56,984 nucleotides of DNA from Coraliomargarita sp. CAG:312 (lineage in GTDB: Bacteria > Verrucomicrobiota > Verrucomicrobiia > Opitutales > Intestinicryptomonadaceae), in assembly GCA_000438015.1 (NCBI GenBank), contig FR901603.1:5687-62670 (forward strand). Direction: 5' to 3'. This document shows, piece by piece, positions 1 to 9,700 of the stretch. Below the pieces are notes generated by a model that did not search any database, had not been told where the DNA came from, and saw only the letters and a list, made by a program, of their open reading frames with translations. How positions within the stretch are numbered: position 1 is the stretch's first letter; every line of letters begins with the position of its first letter. The position numbers and the translations under genes were made by a program.

Positions 1-1
1 A

Positions 2-1000
2 AAGAGCGTCGTGGAAAATTATCCCATCGGAGTCGGAATTGTAAAAGCGCCACGGCCCTGAGTGCTTGGGTTGGACAGCTCCAGTTTCGGCGAGAATCGC
101 GGGGCGGTTTGGAAATATGCGTTTTATTTCGTCCACGGCGTCTGCGGCTGCAATGTCCATAGGACCGTGGCATATTTTATAGGACGCGCCTTCGTCCAAA
201 TACCTGTGCACCGACGCCATAGAATTTGCGCTGCCGTCGTAAAAGAATTCATAGGACTTTTTAGCGTAGTTGCCGTCAAAACTGCCATAACTGTTTACAA
301 TCATGTGTTTTTTGCACAATTTCGCCATTCTTTCGAACATATATTCCTGCCATTGTTTAACTATCTTAGGGTCGGCGTTTACGGTGTTTTGTTCATTCCA
401 TAATTCCCATGCGAATATTGCAGGGTTGTCGGCATATCTTTGCCAGAGTGCTTTAAAGCGGTTGAAAAACAAGTCGCGCCCTTTTGTGGATGAGAAATAT
501 TCGTTCATGTCGGCGAATTCACCGTCGTATGACGGCCGTTGGAAAACCGAGGTCTGAAGCCCGGATTCGTTTTCGGCGGGCTTATACTTTTTAATATTTC
601 TAAAATGTTCTAGGCAAATTTTAAGGCGAACTCCGTATTTCTGGGCTAGATTTATTAAACGGTCGATTCTCGCAATCTTTTTTGGGTTATAAATTCCCGG
701 CCGGGAATCCTCAATTTCGTAGAATGGATGCGATACCCAAACGCGCGCGTAGTTTCCTCCATTTGCGGCAATATTCTTCAAATGCGTTTCTATCATATCA
801 AAAGCTTCGTCTTCTGATAATTTATCCCAGAATCTTGGAAACGCCATATTATATCCAAGCGGAATGTAGGATGAGTTGTCAGAGAGCTCAAAGTAATTTG
901 GGTCTCTTTCAGATATCCTTACAAATTCGCAGCCGGAAATAGCGGTGTTGGCGATGGCAAAAAACGACGTTGTAATTGCAGCTAAAAATATATGCTTCAT
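2..1000 (-). CDS. Secreted clan GH-A (GH5-like) glycoside hydrolase, partial (runs off the left edge)
   Basis: Not in the ORF track because there is no stop in the window. Manual translation from ATG at 1000 gives the signal peptide MKHIFLAAITTSFFAIA..., then GGNYARVW, the acid/base motif IFAWELWNE, SVHRY and the nucleophile motif ILAETG. The frame stays open to the window edge. Confidence 0.85.
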   Translation of the reverse strand, partial: MKHIFLAAITTSFFAIANTAISGCEFVRISERDPNYFELSDNSSYIPLGYNMAFPRFWDKLSEDEAFDMIETHLKNIAANGGNYARVWVSHPFYEIEDSRPGIYNPKKIARIDRLINLAQKYGVRLKICLEHFRNIKKYKPAENESGLQTSVFQRPSYDGEFADMNEYFSSTKGRDLFFNRFKALWQRYADNPAIFAWELWNEQNTVNADPKIVKQWQEYMFERMAKLCKKHMIVNSYGSFDGNYAKKSYEFFYDGSANSMASVHRYLDEGASYKICHGPMDIAAADAVDEIKRIFPNRPAILAETGAVQPKHSGPWRFYNSDSDGIIFHDAL

Positions 1001-1820
1001 AGGCTCTTTTTCTATTCTGCGGCGCAGGCTCAAAAAGGCAATAATTTTTTGGAATTTGCTATATTCTGTTTAACTTAAGAAATTAATTTTCAGATAAAAT
1101 ACCGCTTTATTGAAAGTGCGTTTTTCTCAATCGGAAGTCCACCGCAAGACGTAGGCTAAAGCGGGTATTGCGATGCATATTGCGCGGATTCTAGTACGCG
1201 GGCAAGGCTATGGTAATGGATTCGGTGGGTTCTATTGCTTTTATTCGGTGCGCAATGCAATCTTATTTACTTATTGCTTTAAATTATAGTCTGTTAACAA
1301 AATCGTCATAAGATATTTAGAAAGACATTTTCGGGAATTTTATAAACAGATTCAATGCTGGAATTATGCCTTAGAGAGCATAAGTATTAAATAATTCATA
1401 TTCTGCCAAAAGAGTCTATTCATATCTATAAAAAAGTCTTAGGCAATTTTCGTTAGGAGAATTTTCTAAAATTTTTCATATAGTGTGTTTTTATATTCTT
1501 GGCATGTCTATTACCTAAAATATAAAAACATCCGAGGAAACCCGGATCACTAAATCTTGGTGGATGGGAAATTTTTTAAATTTAAGATGGTGCATGGGTA
1601 TCCTTTGGAAAAGATAATTGCCTGCTTGGAGCAGCAGTTCCTCTTATGTCCGGCACATAAGTTGGTTGCAAGTTGACGCATGCATAATAGATGGATTTTT
1701 TGATAGAACATTAATGGCACGTTAATGTATGCCAGCGTTGGAAACTGCGTTTTTTTTTGTAATATTTGTTTCCAAATTTCTATAAAGCCATTAGTATAGG
1801 CTCTCAAATAAATTATTGAT

Positions 1821-2582
1821 ATGCTAAAAAGTGTAGATTTTTATTTTTTCAGCCCTACGGGCGGAACTAAAAAGGTTGGAGAATGCCTTGCAAACTCAGT
1901 TGCCGAATCAGCCGTATTGCACGACTTGTCCGACAAAAAATCTCCCCTTTCAACCCCGGAAGGAGGGCTTTCAATAATAGCTCTTCCAGTTTTTGGAGGA
2001 AGAATACCGGCATTTGTCGCGGAAAAACTAAAACATATAAGAGCCGAAAAAAAGAAAGCCGCAACAATCGTAGTATATGGAAATAGAGCTTATGAAGACG
2101 CTTTGCTGGAACTAAACAACATCGCCGAAGAATCGGGGTTTGAGATTGTAGCTTCGGGAGCGTTTGTAGCGCAGCATTCCATGTGCCCTGAAGTTGGTGA
2201 GGGCAGGCCGGATGAAAAGGATTTTGAAGATATAAAAAACTTTGGGGAAAAAATATTGGATAAGCTATCAGGAGCTTTGGGAAACAAAATATCGGTGCCA
2301 GGAAACTATCCTTATAAAGCTGATTTCATTGTGCCTGCAACTCCCATATCCACAGATTTTTGCTCTATGTGTGGCAAGTGCATTACAGCGTGCCCTACGG
2401 ATGCGATTTCAATTTTATCCGGCAAGATTGCAACGGATTTTACAAAATGCGCCCTTTGCATGGCGTGCGTTAAGACATGCCCGAGCGGCGCTAGAATATT
2501 GCCTCCGCCCATGTCGGAAAAAATACGCCAGATGCTTTCCAAGTTTAAGGGACTTCGTCGCGAAAACGAAACCTATATTTAG
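1821..2582 (+). CDS. EFR1-family flavodoxin-like / 4Fe-4S dicluster protein
   Basis: N-terminal flavodoxin fold (FSPTGGT, PVFGGRIP, VVYGNRAYEDAL). Two ferredoxin motifs: CSMCGKCITACP and CALCMACVKTCP. Confidence 0.9.
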   Translation: MLKSVDFYFFSPTGGTKKVGECLANSVAESAVLHDLSDKKSPLSTPEGGLSIIALPVFGGRIPAFVAEKLKHIRAEKKKAATIVVYGNRAYEDALLELNNIAEESGFEIVASGAFVAQHSMCPEVGEGRPDEKDFEDIKNFGEKILDKLSGALGNKISVPGNYPYKADFIVPATPISTDFCSMCGKCITACPTDAISILSGKIATDFTKCALCMACVKTCPSGARILPPPMSEKIRQMLSKFKGLRRENETYI

Positions 2583-2978
2583 TGAAGCAAAATCTTCGGC
2601 GCTCTAATTCGAAAATATGATTTTGGGGACGCAATTAAAAGATATGCTTTGTGGATGTGTTATGCTTTCATGCTAATCCTGAAAAAATATGCGGATGCAT
2701 CAGAGAAAAAGTTAAGGAGAATTGCTGCGAGCTTTCTTTTTCAGCTCTTATGAGGTCGCACTGCTTCCAATAAATGTATATTCCATGCAGACAAACTCAA
2801 TGCTGCGTACATAAAAATAAGTCCGACAAAGAGAAAGCAATTTTTTTCCGGTCATGCTGCAATAGTTTTTAGATATTATCTATGTATTGCTTATGTAGAT
2901 AAATTTCAACTAAGGGGACCAAGAATCCGACGAGGAAAACTTTGCAGGCAAGGATATGGTGCAAAGCGCAAAGGAGCG

Positions 2979-5603
2979 TCAGTAGAATATTGATTTGTTA
3001 GAATTTACAAACTCTACAAATTTTTCGAAATTGGGATATTTTGTTTTGCTTATTTTGCCGGATTTTATGCACAAGTCGTAAATTTCCTTCGCCCTTTCGA
3101 TGTCTTTGAAGCCGTATTCCCCGCGGATATATTTGTATGCGGAGGTTTGGGGCCATTTTGCGCGGCTTGCGTATTTATTTAAATATTCCTCAGATTTGCC
3201 TTGGTCTTTCCCGACCGAGATTCCTTGTTTGTACATATAGGAAATCCATTCCAGCGCGGTGCAGTCGCTTTGGGCTAATTTTTCCAAGTCTGAAAGCAGG
3301 TTTGGATTCTCGCCGAAAACCTTGCCGAGGCTTTGAAATATAAGTTTTGGCAAATTGCCGAATTTCGTTTTTGTCGGCTGCTTTTCTTTCTCGGATAAGT
3401 ACTTTTTATAATATTCTATGAATTTTTCAAAGTCTGCCTTGCGCCTTGCGTTCATATACGCGTAATTGTACGCAAAAAATTGCGGGTTGGTTTCCAGAAA
3501 GAAGTCGAGCCAGTATTCCGCAGCGGGAATGCTGAACTTAATGTAGGAGTTTTTTGTTATCCCGAAATAATGGTTTAAAATTACGCGGATTGCGCAATAA
3601 CCTTTGTCTTTGTTTTTAGAGTATTCTTTAATTTTTGTTCTTATTGATTCTGCGCGTTTTTTGTCTGGCTCGCATCCGTAGCCGTTGTCAAAACAGAACG
3701 CCAAAGCTTCGGCAAATACAGGGTCTTTCTCCACGTCGGATTCAAAATCAACGTCTTTCTTGTGTTCCGACAATATTTCAAAATACTTTTTTCCGTCGCT
3801 TTTAGCCTTGCGCAATTTAGCGCAGCAAATTTTCCTTTGCATTCCATCGATTCGCTCATCTTTTCCGATTCTTTCAATAGCGCCTTTGGCGCTGTCCAGC
3901 ATTGCCTGCAAAATTTTAAAGTCATTGAATCCTCCGCTGGCGAAGGAGTCCAGAGCGAAGTCTATTAAAGCGAGCCTGTCTTTGTCGGACAGCGGTTCTT
4001 TCTCGAAAATATCCAGGACAAGTTGTTCGCTTATGCGCTTTTCTTTCACCATCTGATCCGCCAAATGGATGTGGTCGGGCAACAGGAAAAGAATTTTTTC
4101 ATAGGGAATGTCCAATGTAAAGGGATACCAAATGTTGCTTTCGCCGCCAAAAATTTCCATGGCGCAAATTTTGGCTGAATAATCCGCTTTTATCCTATTC
4201 ATATATTCGCCGGCTTTTACTGCGTCTTTTTCACAGCCAGCGCCGTATTTGCAGCAGTAGTACAGCAGCGGTTCAGCGGAATCTTCCTCCGGGTTTTCTT
4301 TTATAATTTCAATCGCAAGCTTAGGGTTTGGCGGTGTTCCGATTCCCTTTATCAGCATAACGCAGTAAGCCCTTATTATCCCTGGGGAGCGCTTTCCGGC
4401 TTTGTAAGATTTTTCGCACAAATCAAACGCGTCTTTGTAATATTTTTTGCCCTTCTTGCAAAAATAGCTTATGGCAAATTCTGCGCTTCCGTTATGAGTG
4501 CCGATGCAATTATTCTCTTTTAGAAAGCGGAAAATCAAATCATCAAGTCCGGTTGATTTGCATTGTGAATCAAGAGAATAAAAAATATCGTTTCCATATG
4601 ATTTGTTTAAAATTGCTTCGAGAAGGCTTTCTATGGTTTCCTTGTTCAACAGCGCGCCGTAGTCAATGGAGCGATAGCTGGTTTCTTTTATTTGTTTAAG
4701 AACTTCGGCGGCCTCCGGGGCGTTGCGCGTTTTTAAGCAATGGTAGTAGAAAACTCCGCAGGTGAAATTTTTTGCGTAATATTTTTTATAGAGATTTTCA
4801 GATTCCTTGGAAAAATCCAAATTTTGCATGGCTCTGCAAATTTTGGCGAAATCCGAATTTGAGTCCGGGGGAATTTTCAGTTCTTCCACATTGGAGAACA
4901 AATCAGAATACCTCCCATGTTTAAAATAGAAGTCCAAAATTTCAATATCATTGGAATTGGGGAGATTGGCTAATATTTTTTCCTTGCCGCTGCAGTTTAT
5001 CAATTCTTCCGCCCTCTTTAAATCAAAGCCCTTGCCGCCGGCATAATTCCAGCCCAATATCATATCCGCCAGCAATACTGTGCGCGCTGCGGCGTTTAGT
5101 TTTTTTGAATTGCTTATGGCTTTGACGCAGGCGCTTCTCAGCTTCCAGTCGTGCGTATTAAAAATATAAAATATGATGTGCGCCGGAACATAGTCGTCGT
5201 TTAATATTTTTAGGGCGGCTTGCGAATTTAAATACGGCGAGTCGTTCCTAAAGTAGAGTTCGGCAATTTCTTCGCTGGGAGAGTATTCGTATTCGGACTC
5301 TAAAAACTTTGCGGCGGCTTTATAAAACTGAAAATCATAATACAAGGTTTGGCATACTTTTTCTGCGTAATTTATATTATGCTTCCGCATGTAGTCCAGA
5401 ATCTTTTCAGCCTCCTTCTCCGCGCCGACAGTCGTAAACAGAGTCGCGTATCGAATGGGCAAGCCTTTTTCTAAATTAGAATCTTTATTACTGTCGTAGC
5501 CCTTGATTATTTCCACAAGCTCAGATGCAGGCTGGTCTTGCCCTGCAGACGCGGCGGATAAAATAGCGAAATAAGAAAGCATCAATACGATAATACATTT
5601 CAT
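2979..5603 (-). CDS. Secreted Sel1/TPR-repeat protein
   Basis: Likely ATG at 5603 (signal peptide MKCIIVLMLSYFAILSAASAG). Sel1-like repeats: LIKGIGTPPNPKLAIE, CKYGAGCEKDAVKA, LAFCFDNGYGCEPDKKRA, ISYMYKQGISVGKD. Confidence 0.8.
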   Translation of the reverse strand: MKCIIVLMLSYFAILSAASAGQDQPASELVEIIKGYDSNKDSNLEKGLPIRYATLFTTVGAEKEAEKILDYMRKHNINYAEKVCQTLYYDFQFYKAAAKFLESEYEYSPSEEIAELYFRNDSPYLNSQAALKILNDDYVPAHIIFYIFNTHDWKLRSACVKAISNSKKLNAAARTVLLADMILGWNYAGGKGFDLKRAEELINCSGKEKILANLPNSNDIEILDFYFKHGRYSDLFSNVEELKIPPDSNSDFAKICRAMQNLDFSKESENLYKKYYAKNFTCGVFYYHCLKTRNAPEAAEVLKQIKETSYRSIDYGALLNKETIESLLEAILNKSYGNDIFYSLDSQCKSTGLDDLIFRFLKENNCIGTHNGSAEFAISYFCKKGKKYYKDAFDLCEKSYKAGKRSPGIIRAYCVMLIKGIGTPPNPKLAIEIIKENPEEDSAEPLLYYCCKYGAGCEKDAVKAGEYMNRIKADYSAKICAMEIFGGESNIWYPFTLDIPYEKILFLLPDHIHLADQMVKEKRISEQLVLDIFEKEPLSDKDRLALIDFALDSFASGGFNDFKILQAMLDSAKGAIERIGKDERIDGMQRKICCAKLRKAKSDGKKYFEILSEHKKDVDFESDVEKDPVFAEALAFCFDNGYGCEPDKKRAESIRTKIKEYSKNKDKGYCAIRVILNHYFGITKNSYIKFSIPAAEYWLDFFLETNPQFFAYNYAYMNARRKADFEKFIEYYKKYLSEKEKQPTKTKFGNLPKLIFQSLGKVFGENPNLLSDLEKLAQSDCTALEWISYMYKQGISVGKDQGKSEEYLNKYASRAKWPQTSAYKYIRGEYGFKDIERAKEIYDLCIKSGKISKTKYPNFEKFVEFVNSNKSIFY

Positions 5604-5841
5604 AGTATTGCAAAATATGTCTTTGCGGCGGAAATTCAACATAGTTTTTGCATTTCATTTTCTAGTGTCAGCAAACTAATTTTTAATATAAAAAAGCTGC
5701 CATGCTTTGAATTTATAGTTTGTAGTTTTGAGGGTTGCGATGCAATATGCGGTTTTTGATGGTAAATTTGCAGATGAGTGGATTATAATTTGATAAAAAG
5801 GTTTTATCATTATTTTAATTTCCAATTTTAAAAAGGGAATT

Positions 5842-6618
5842 ATGTATGTGTTTATATTATCCATTGTAGCCCTTATTAGCGTGTCGGTTTTGTCAAACGC
5901 GATGTTTGTAAGACGCGGCATTGCTACGCCTTTTACGGTGGCACTGAAGTTTGTGCCTATATTGTTTCTTGCTGCGGGGGGTATTTTTATTTTTGCAACG
6001 GCTTGTTTGCTGGCCGTTTTACCCGAATTTATTTCATTCTTGGCGTTTGCTATGCCATTTTTAGTGGGAGTTATTGCGGTGGCCTACATTAAATTTGCGG
6101 AAGAGAAGTTTGGTTTTAAGTGGATAGTTTCGGCTATGTATTTTTTTTGGGTGTTAGCGGCTTCGGCTTTTATTGTGCTTGGCGTTCCAGCCATCGGCTG
6201 TTTGTATGCATGTAGCACATGGAAACCTGTCGCGCTGCCTGTCGAGCCGAAATGTTTTTTGGAGCTTAAAAGACTGCCTACATTGTGTCCGGAGTTTGAA
6301 AGGCGAATATCGTTTAAAAGCGGCAAAAAAGTGAAAATTTCAACCGACACTTGCGGATTGGGCGAATTCGAATTGTTCAATTTATGCGGAGGATGCCTTT
6401 ATATGAAAAATACTGCATCAGCTTTTTCCTATGTTACAGATTCAGAATCTGAAAGAGTTTGCAAATTTTACGGGGATTGGCGCGGGAATTTTTCAGAGAT
6501 TTCTTCAGCGGATGGAGACGGCAAAAAAATGCCATTCCCAGAGCCTGACCTTGAAGGCAAAGAATATTTGGGGAGGTTAAAATATTGGAAGTTATTTAAG
6601 GCTGGAGCGCGGGATTAA
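5842..6618 (+). CDS. Hypothetical membrane protein (about 4 N-terminal TM helices and a Cys-containing soluble C-terminal domain)
   Basis: 258-aa ORF with four hydrophobic stretches in the first ~125 aa. No family recognised. Confidence 0.75.
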   Translation: MYVFILSIVALISVSVLSNAMFVRRGIATPFTVALKFVPILFLAAGGIFIFATACLLAVLPEFISFLAFAMPFLVGVIAVAYIKFAEEKFGFKWIVSAMYFFWVLAASAFIVLGVPAIGCLYACSTWKPVALPVEPKCFLELKRLPTLCPEFERRISFKSGKKVKISTDTCGLGEFELFNLCGGCLYMKNTASAFSYVTDSESERVCKFYGDWRGNFSEISSADGDGKKMPFPEPDLEGKEYLGRLKYWKLFKAGARD

Positions 6619-6760
6619 ATCATAATACGGCAATTGCGCCCGCAAATTTGCACGGTTTGGGATTGGGCTTTCCCCGATATTTTTGTGGGAGATTCAGATT
6701 GACAAAACAAATGGCTACAATAAAAAAATAATAAATTAGATTCTCCCACAACGATTGATT

Positions 6761-9700
6761 ATGAACAATTTTCGCATCGCAATTGTTGCTTTAATTTTTT
6801 TTGTTTCCGCATGCGCCCAGATTGACTATTCGGATTACGAAAGCGAAGTTGACATACACAATAAGCCGATAAAGGAAGTCGAATCCCTGGCAAAACAGGG
6901 AAATCTAGATGCGAAATTCCGATTGGCGATAGACAAGATGGCTTACTCAAGGGATGAGGCAATCGAGGAAATAAAATCGCTTTACTACGACTCAAAACAT
7001 CTAATCTCCGGATACTACATTGCCAACCGCCTTTCCAACCAAAACGAGCGGCTTGAAATACTGAGGGAAATATCCGATAACGGAAATTCTTATACTTCGG
7101 CTTGTGCGAAATGCGATATTCTCGCCGAAAACCTGAAGTTGAGCCTAGACTCGCTAGACAAAGAGAAGTTCGACAAATATTACAGCGAGCTCTTGTCGTA
7201 TGCGAAGTCTGATTTTCAGCCTGCCGCCGTGCATTTAAAGTTTTTTATAGAAACAAACCTGGAGAAAATCGAAAAGTTGAAAGATGTTTCAAAAGATATT
7301 TTGTTTCTGTACAAGACTCTGGCTAGAATTTCCAAAACCGACGAGAAATACTATGCGCTCGAATACGCCGAAGCTCTGGCGAAATCTGGGAAATGGGACG
7401 AGGCTGTTGCAATGCTAAAGCCGCTCGCCGATGATTTCACAAAACACGGCTCTTTTAGGATGAGCCAATCGCTGTCTCAAAGGGTGGGCGGAAACTTTTA
7501 CGCCGAGGCAAAAGCCGCCGCTCTCATGGCTTGCGCGTGCGACAATGGACTAGGAACTGCCAAAGACGAAAATGCCGCAAAAAGGTACCGCGATAAAGTA
7601 ATGCAGCTTCAAAACGAATGGTTTCTAAAAAGTTTTGCGAGAACGTTCGACGCATCCGGCGTAGACAAAAATTCTTTTGTGTTTGATTCTCCCGAAGACG
7701 CCAAAGCATACCGCGCCGCCGCAAAAAAAATTAAAAATTCCAGAGCCGAAAGATTGCGGAATTACTATAGCAGGCTCGCAAAGAAAATTTCTGACGCGTC
7801 AAAAAAATCTTTGGATGATTTAAAATCGGCTTCCGACGAAATAGAGAAAGTTGAATACGCGAAGAAACTTTTGGATTTAAAATCCATAAATGTTGGAAAG
7901 TACACAATAGGCAAATACAATAACGACAATGCAAAAGAGGCAATTTCAATCCTCGAGACACTCGCCGATGAAGGAAGCCAATACGCGCATTTGACTCTTG
8001 CCGAACTCTATAAAGGAGGCAACTCTAGAAACGCCACTTTTAGCATACTGAATATGCCGGTAGATTTCGACGCAGGCAAAGCCCGCATGCACGCCGACAA
8101 GGCAAGCCATATCGACAATGAGTGGGCTTGGATGGCGCAGGCGGACAAGCTGCTTGGCGATTTGGATTTGTTGAAAACAAACGCGCCCGAAAGCATTGCA
8201 CTAGACGGATATACTGTCAAAACAGATTCTATAGATTCCGCCTTGCAAAAATATCGCACGGCTGCGAACTTAGGTTATGCTAAGGCATTTATAAGGCTGT
8301 TTGAAATCTACAACAATGGAATACCAATAGGATATGGGAAATACCTTGTCGAGCCCGACAAATCTCTTGCGCTTGAGTACGCTAAGAAGTCTGTCGACTT
8401 GGGCGATATGCGGCTTATGCATTATGTGGAGGATTCTTCCGATAGGGATAAATCCATACAAAGAAAGCTTTCTATTATAAAAAAACATTTGGATTCAAAA
8501 GGCGGAGCTGTTGCGGAAGCATTCGCAATTTTGCAAGAAAACGGGCAAGCAAGCACGCATTCTTCTTCGGAGCCTGAAAAAATAAAAGATTCCGTTGCAG
8601 AGGGGGCTTTGGATTCCGCGTTCGCAAAATGCAACTCCGAAGAAGTTGAGAACAATGCCGGCAAAAAATTTGCGCAAAATGCGGCGCATGAAAAATGCAG
8701 CATTGCATTATCCAGCGAATTTTCGGATTATTTCAAGTCTCTGCCCAAGACTCAAGAAAACAGGTTCCTATATTCCCTGGCATGCGTTTCGGAAAACAAA
8801 ATCGACGAGGCCGCCAAAGAACTTAAGGCGCTTGCCGCCGAGCGCTATCCGGAGGCTGTAAGAATTATTATAGAGTTGGTTGGCGTTATCTATGGAACGG
8901 CGGAAGAAATTGATCGCTATTGCAGTTTGGCCGAAGAATTGAAACTTCCTATCCCAAATTGGCGTTTTAATTCAGCCGATTACAATATCGCCCGGTATGA
9001 AGAAACCAAAGATGACGCATTCTTGCAGGATTTTTACTACATATGCACTCCAAAGGTTCTCGAATTTCTGTCCAAGCATTCTAGAAACAATAAAGGCGCC
9101 TTATATTGGGCGGCTTTTAGGCTGTTCAATGCCGATGCTCAAAAATCGCTGCTGGAATTTGACGAGGTATTGGATTTTATAAAAAATTGCGCCAAGGACC
9201 CAAAACTTGCACCAGATGCAAATGTATTGCTCGCGTACGCATATTCGGGCAATCCGAAGATGAAAAACAATCCGCAGCTGAGCTCGTCTTATATTAAAGC
9301 TGCCGGCGAAAGTTGGAGTGGGCGCGCGCGCTGTCCTGCATACAAAATGTTCTGTTTCGATTCGATAGATGATATGCAAACGCAAAGCAGATTTAATTTA
9401 TTTTCGCAGTCTATAAATGAAAACGATAATGGTAATTCACATAATCTGTCTTATATTGAAAAAAATAGCCTAGAAGATTTGCGCGCCGCAAATAAAAAAA
9501 ATCCTAAAAGTCTGATTATAAAACGGGCGTTGGCCGAAAAAGAAAAGGCGTTGGGCAATTACGCGGAGGCTCTAAAATTATACAAAGAATTAAACGAAAA
9601 AAATCCTTCCGACATCAACTATTCCACTGTTCTAGCTGAAATGTATTATTATGGACTGGGAGTAAAGGAAGACAAGGCTTTGGCGCTAAAATATTATGAC

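Noticed and set aside
62..942. Three plus-strand ORFs (113, 84 and 86 aa)
   Set aside because: They lie antisense to the GH5-like gene.
1499..1516. Sigma54-like TGGCATG-N4-TTAC
   Set aside because: The invariant -12 GC is missing.
1550..1807. 85-aa minus-strand ORF
   Set aside because: No motif or RBS, and atypical composition in an AT-rich spacer. I cannot support it.
1530..2940. Similar short sequences ATCCGAGGAAAC and ATCCGACGAGGAAAAC flanking the ferredoxin gene
   Set aside because: Too short and gapped to call att sites or target-site duplications.
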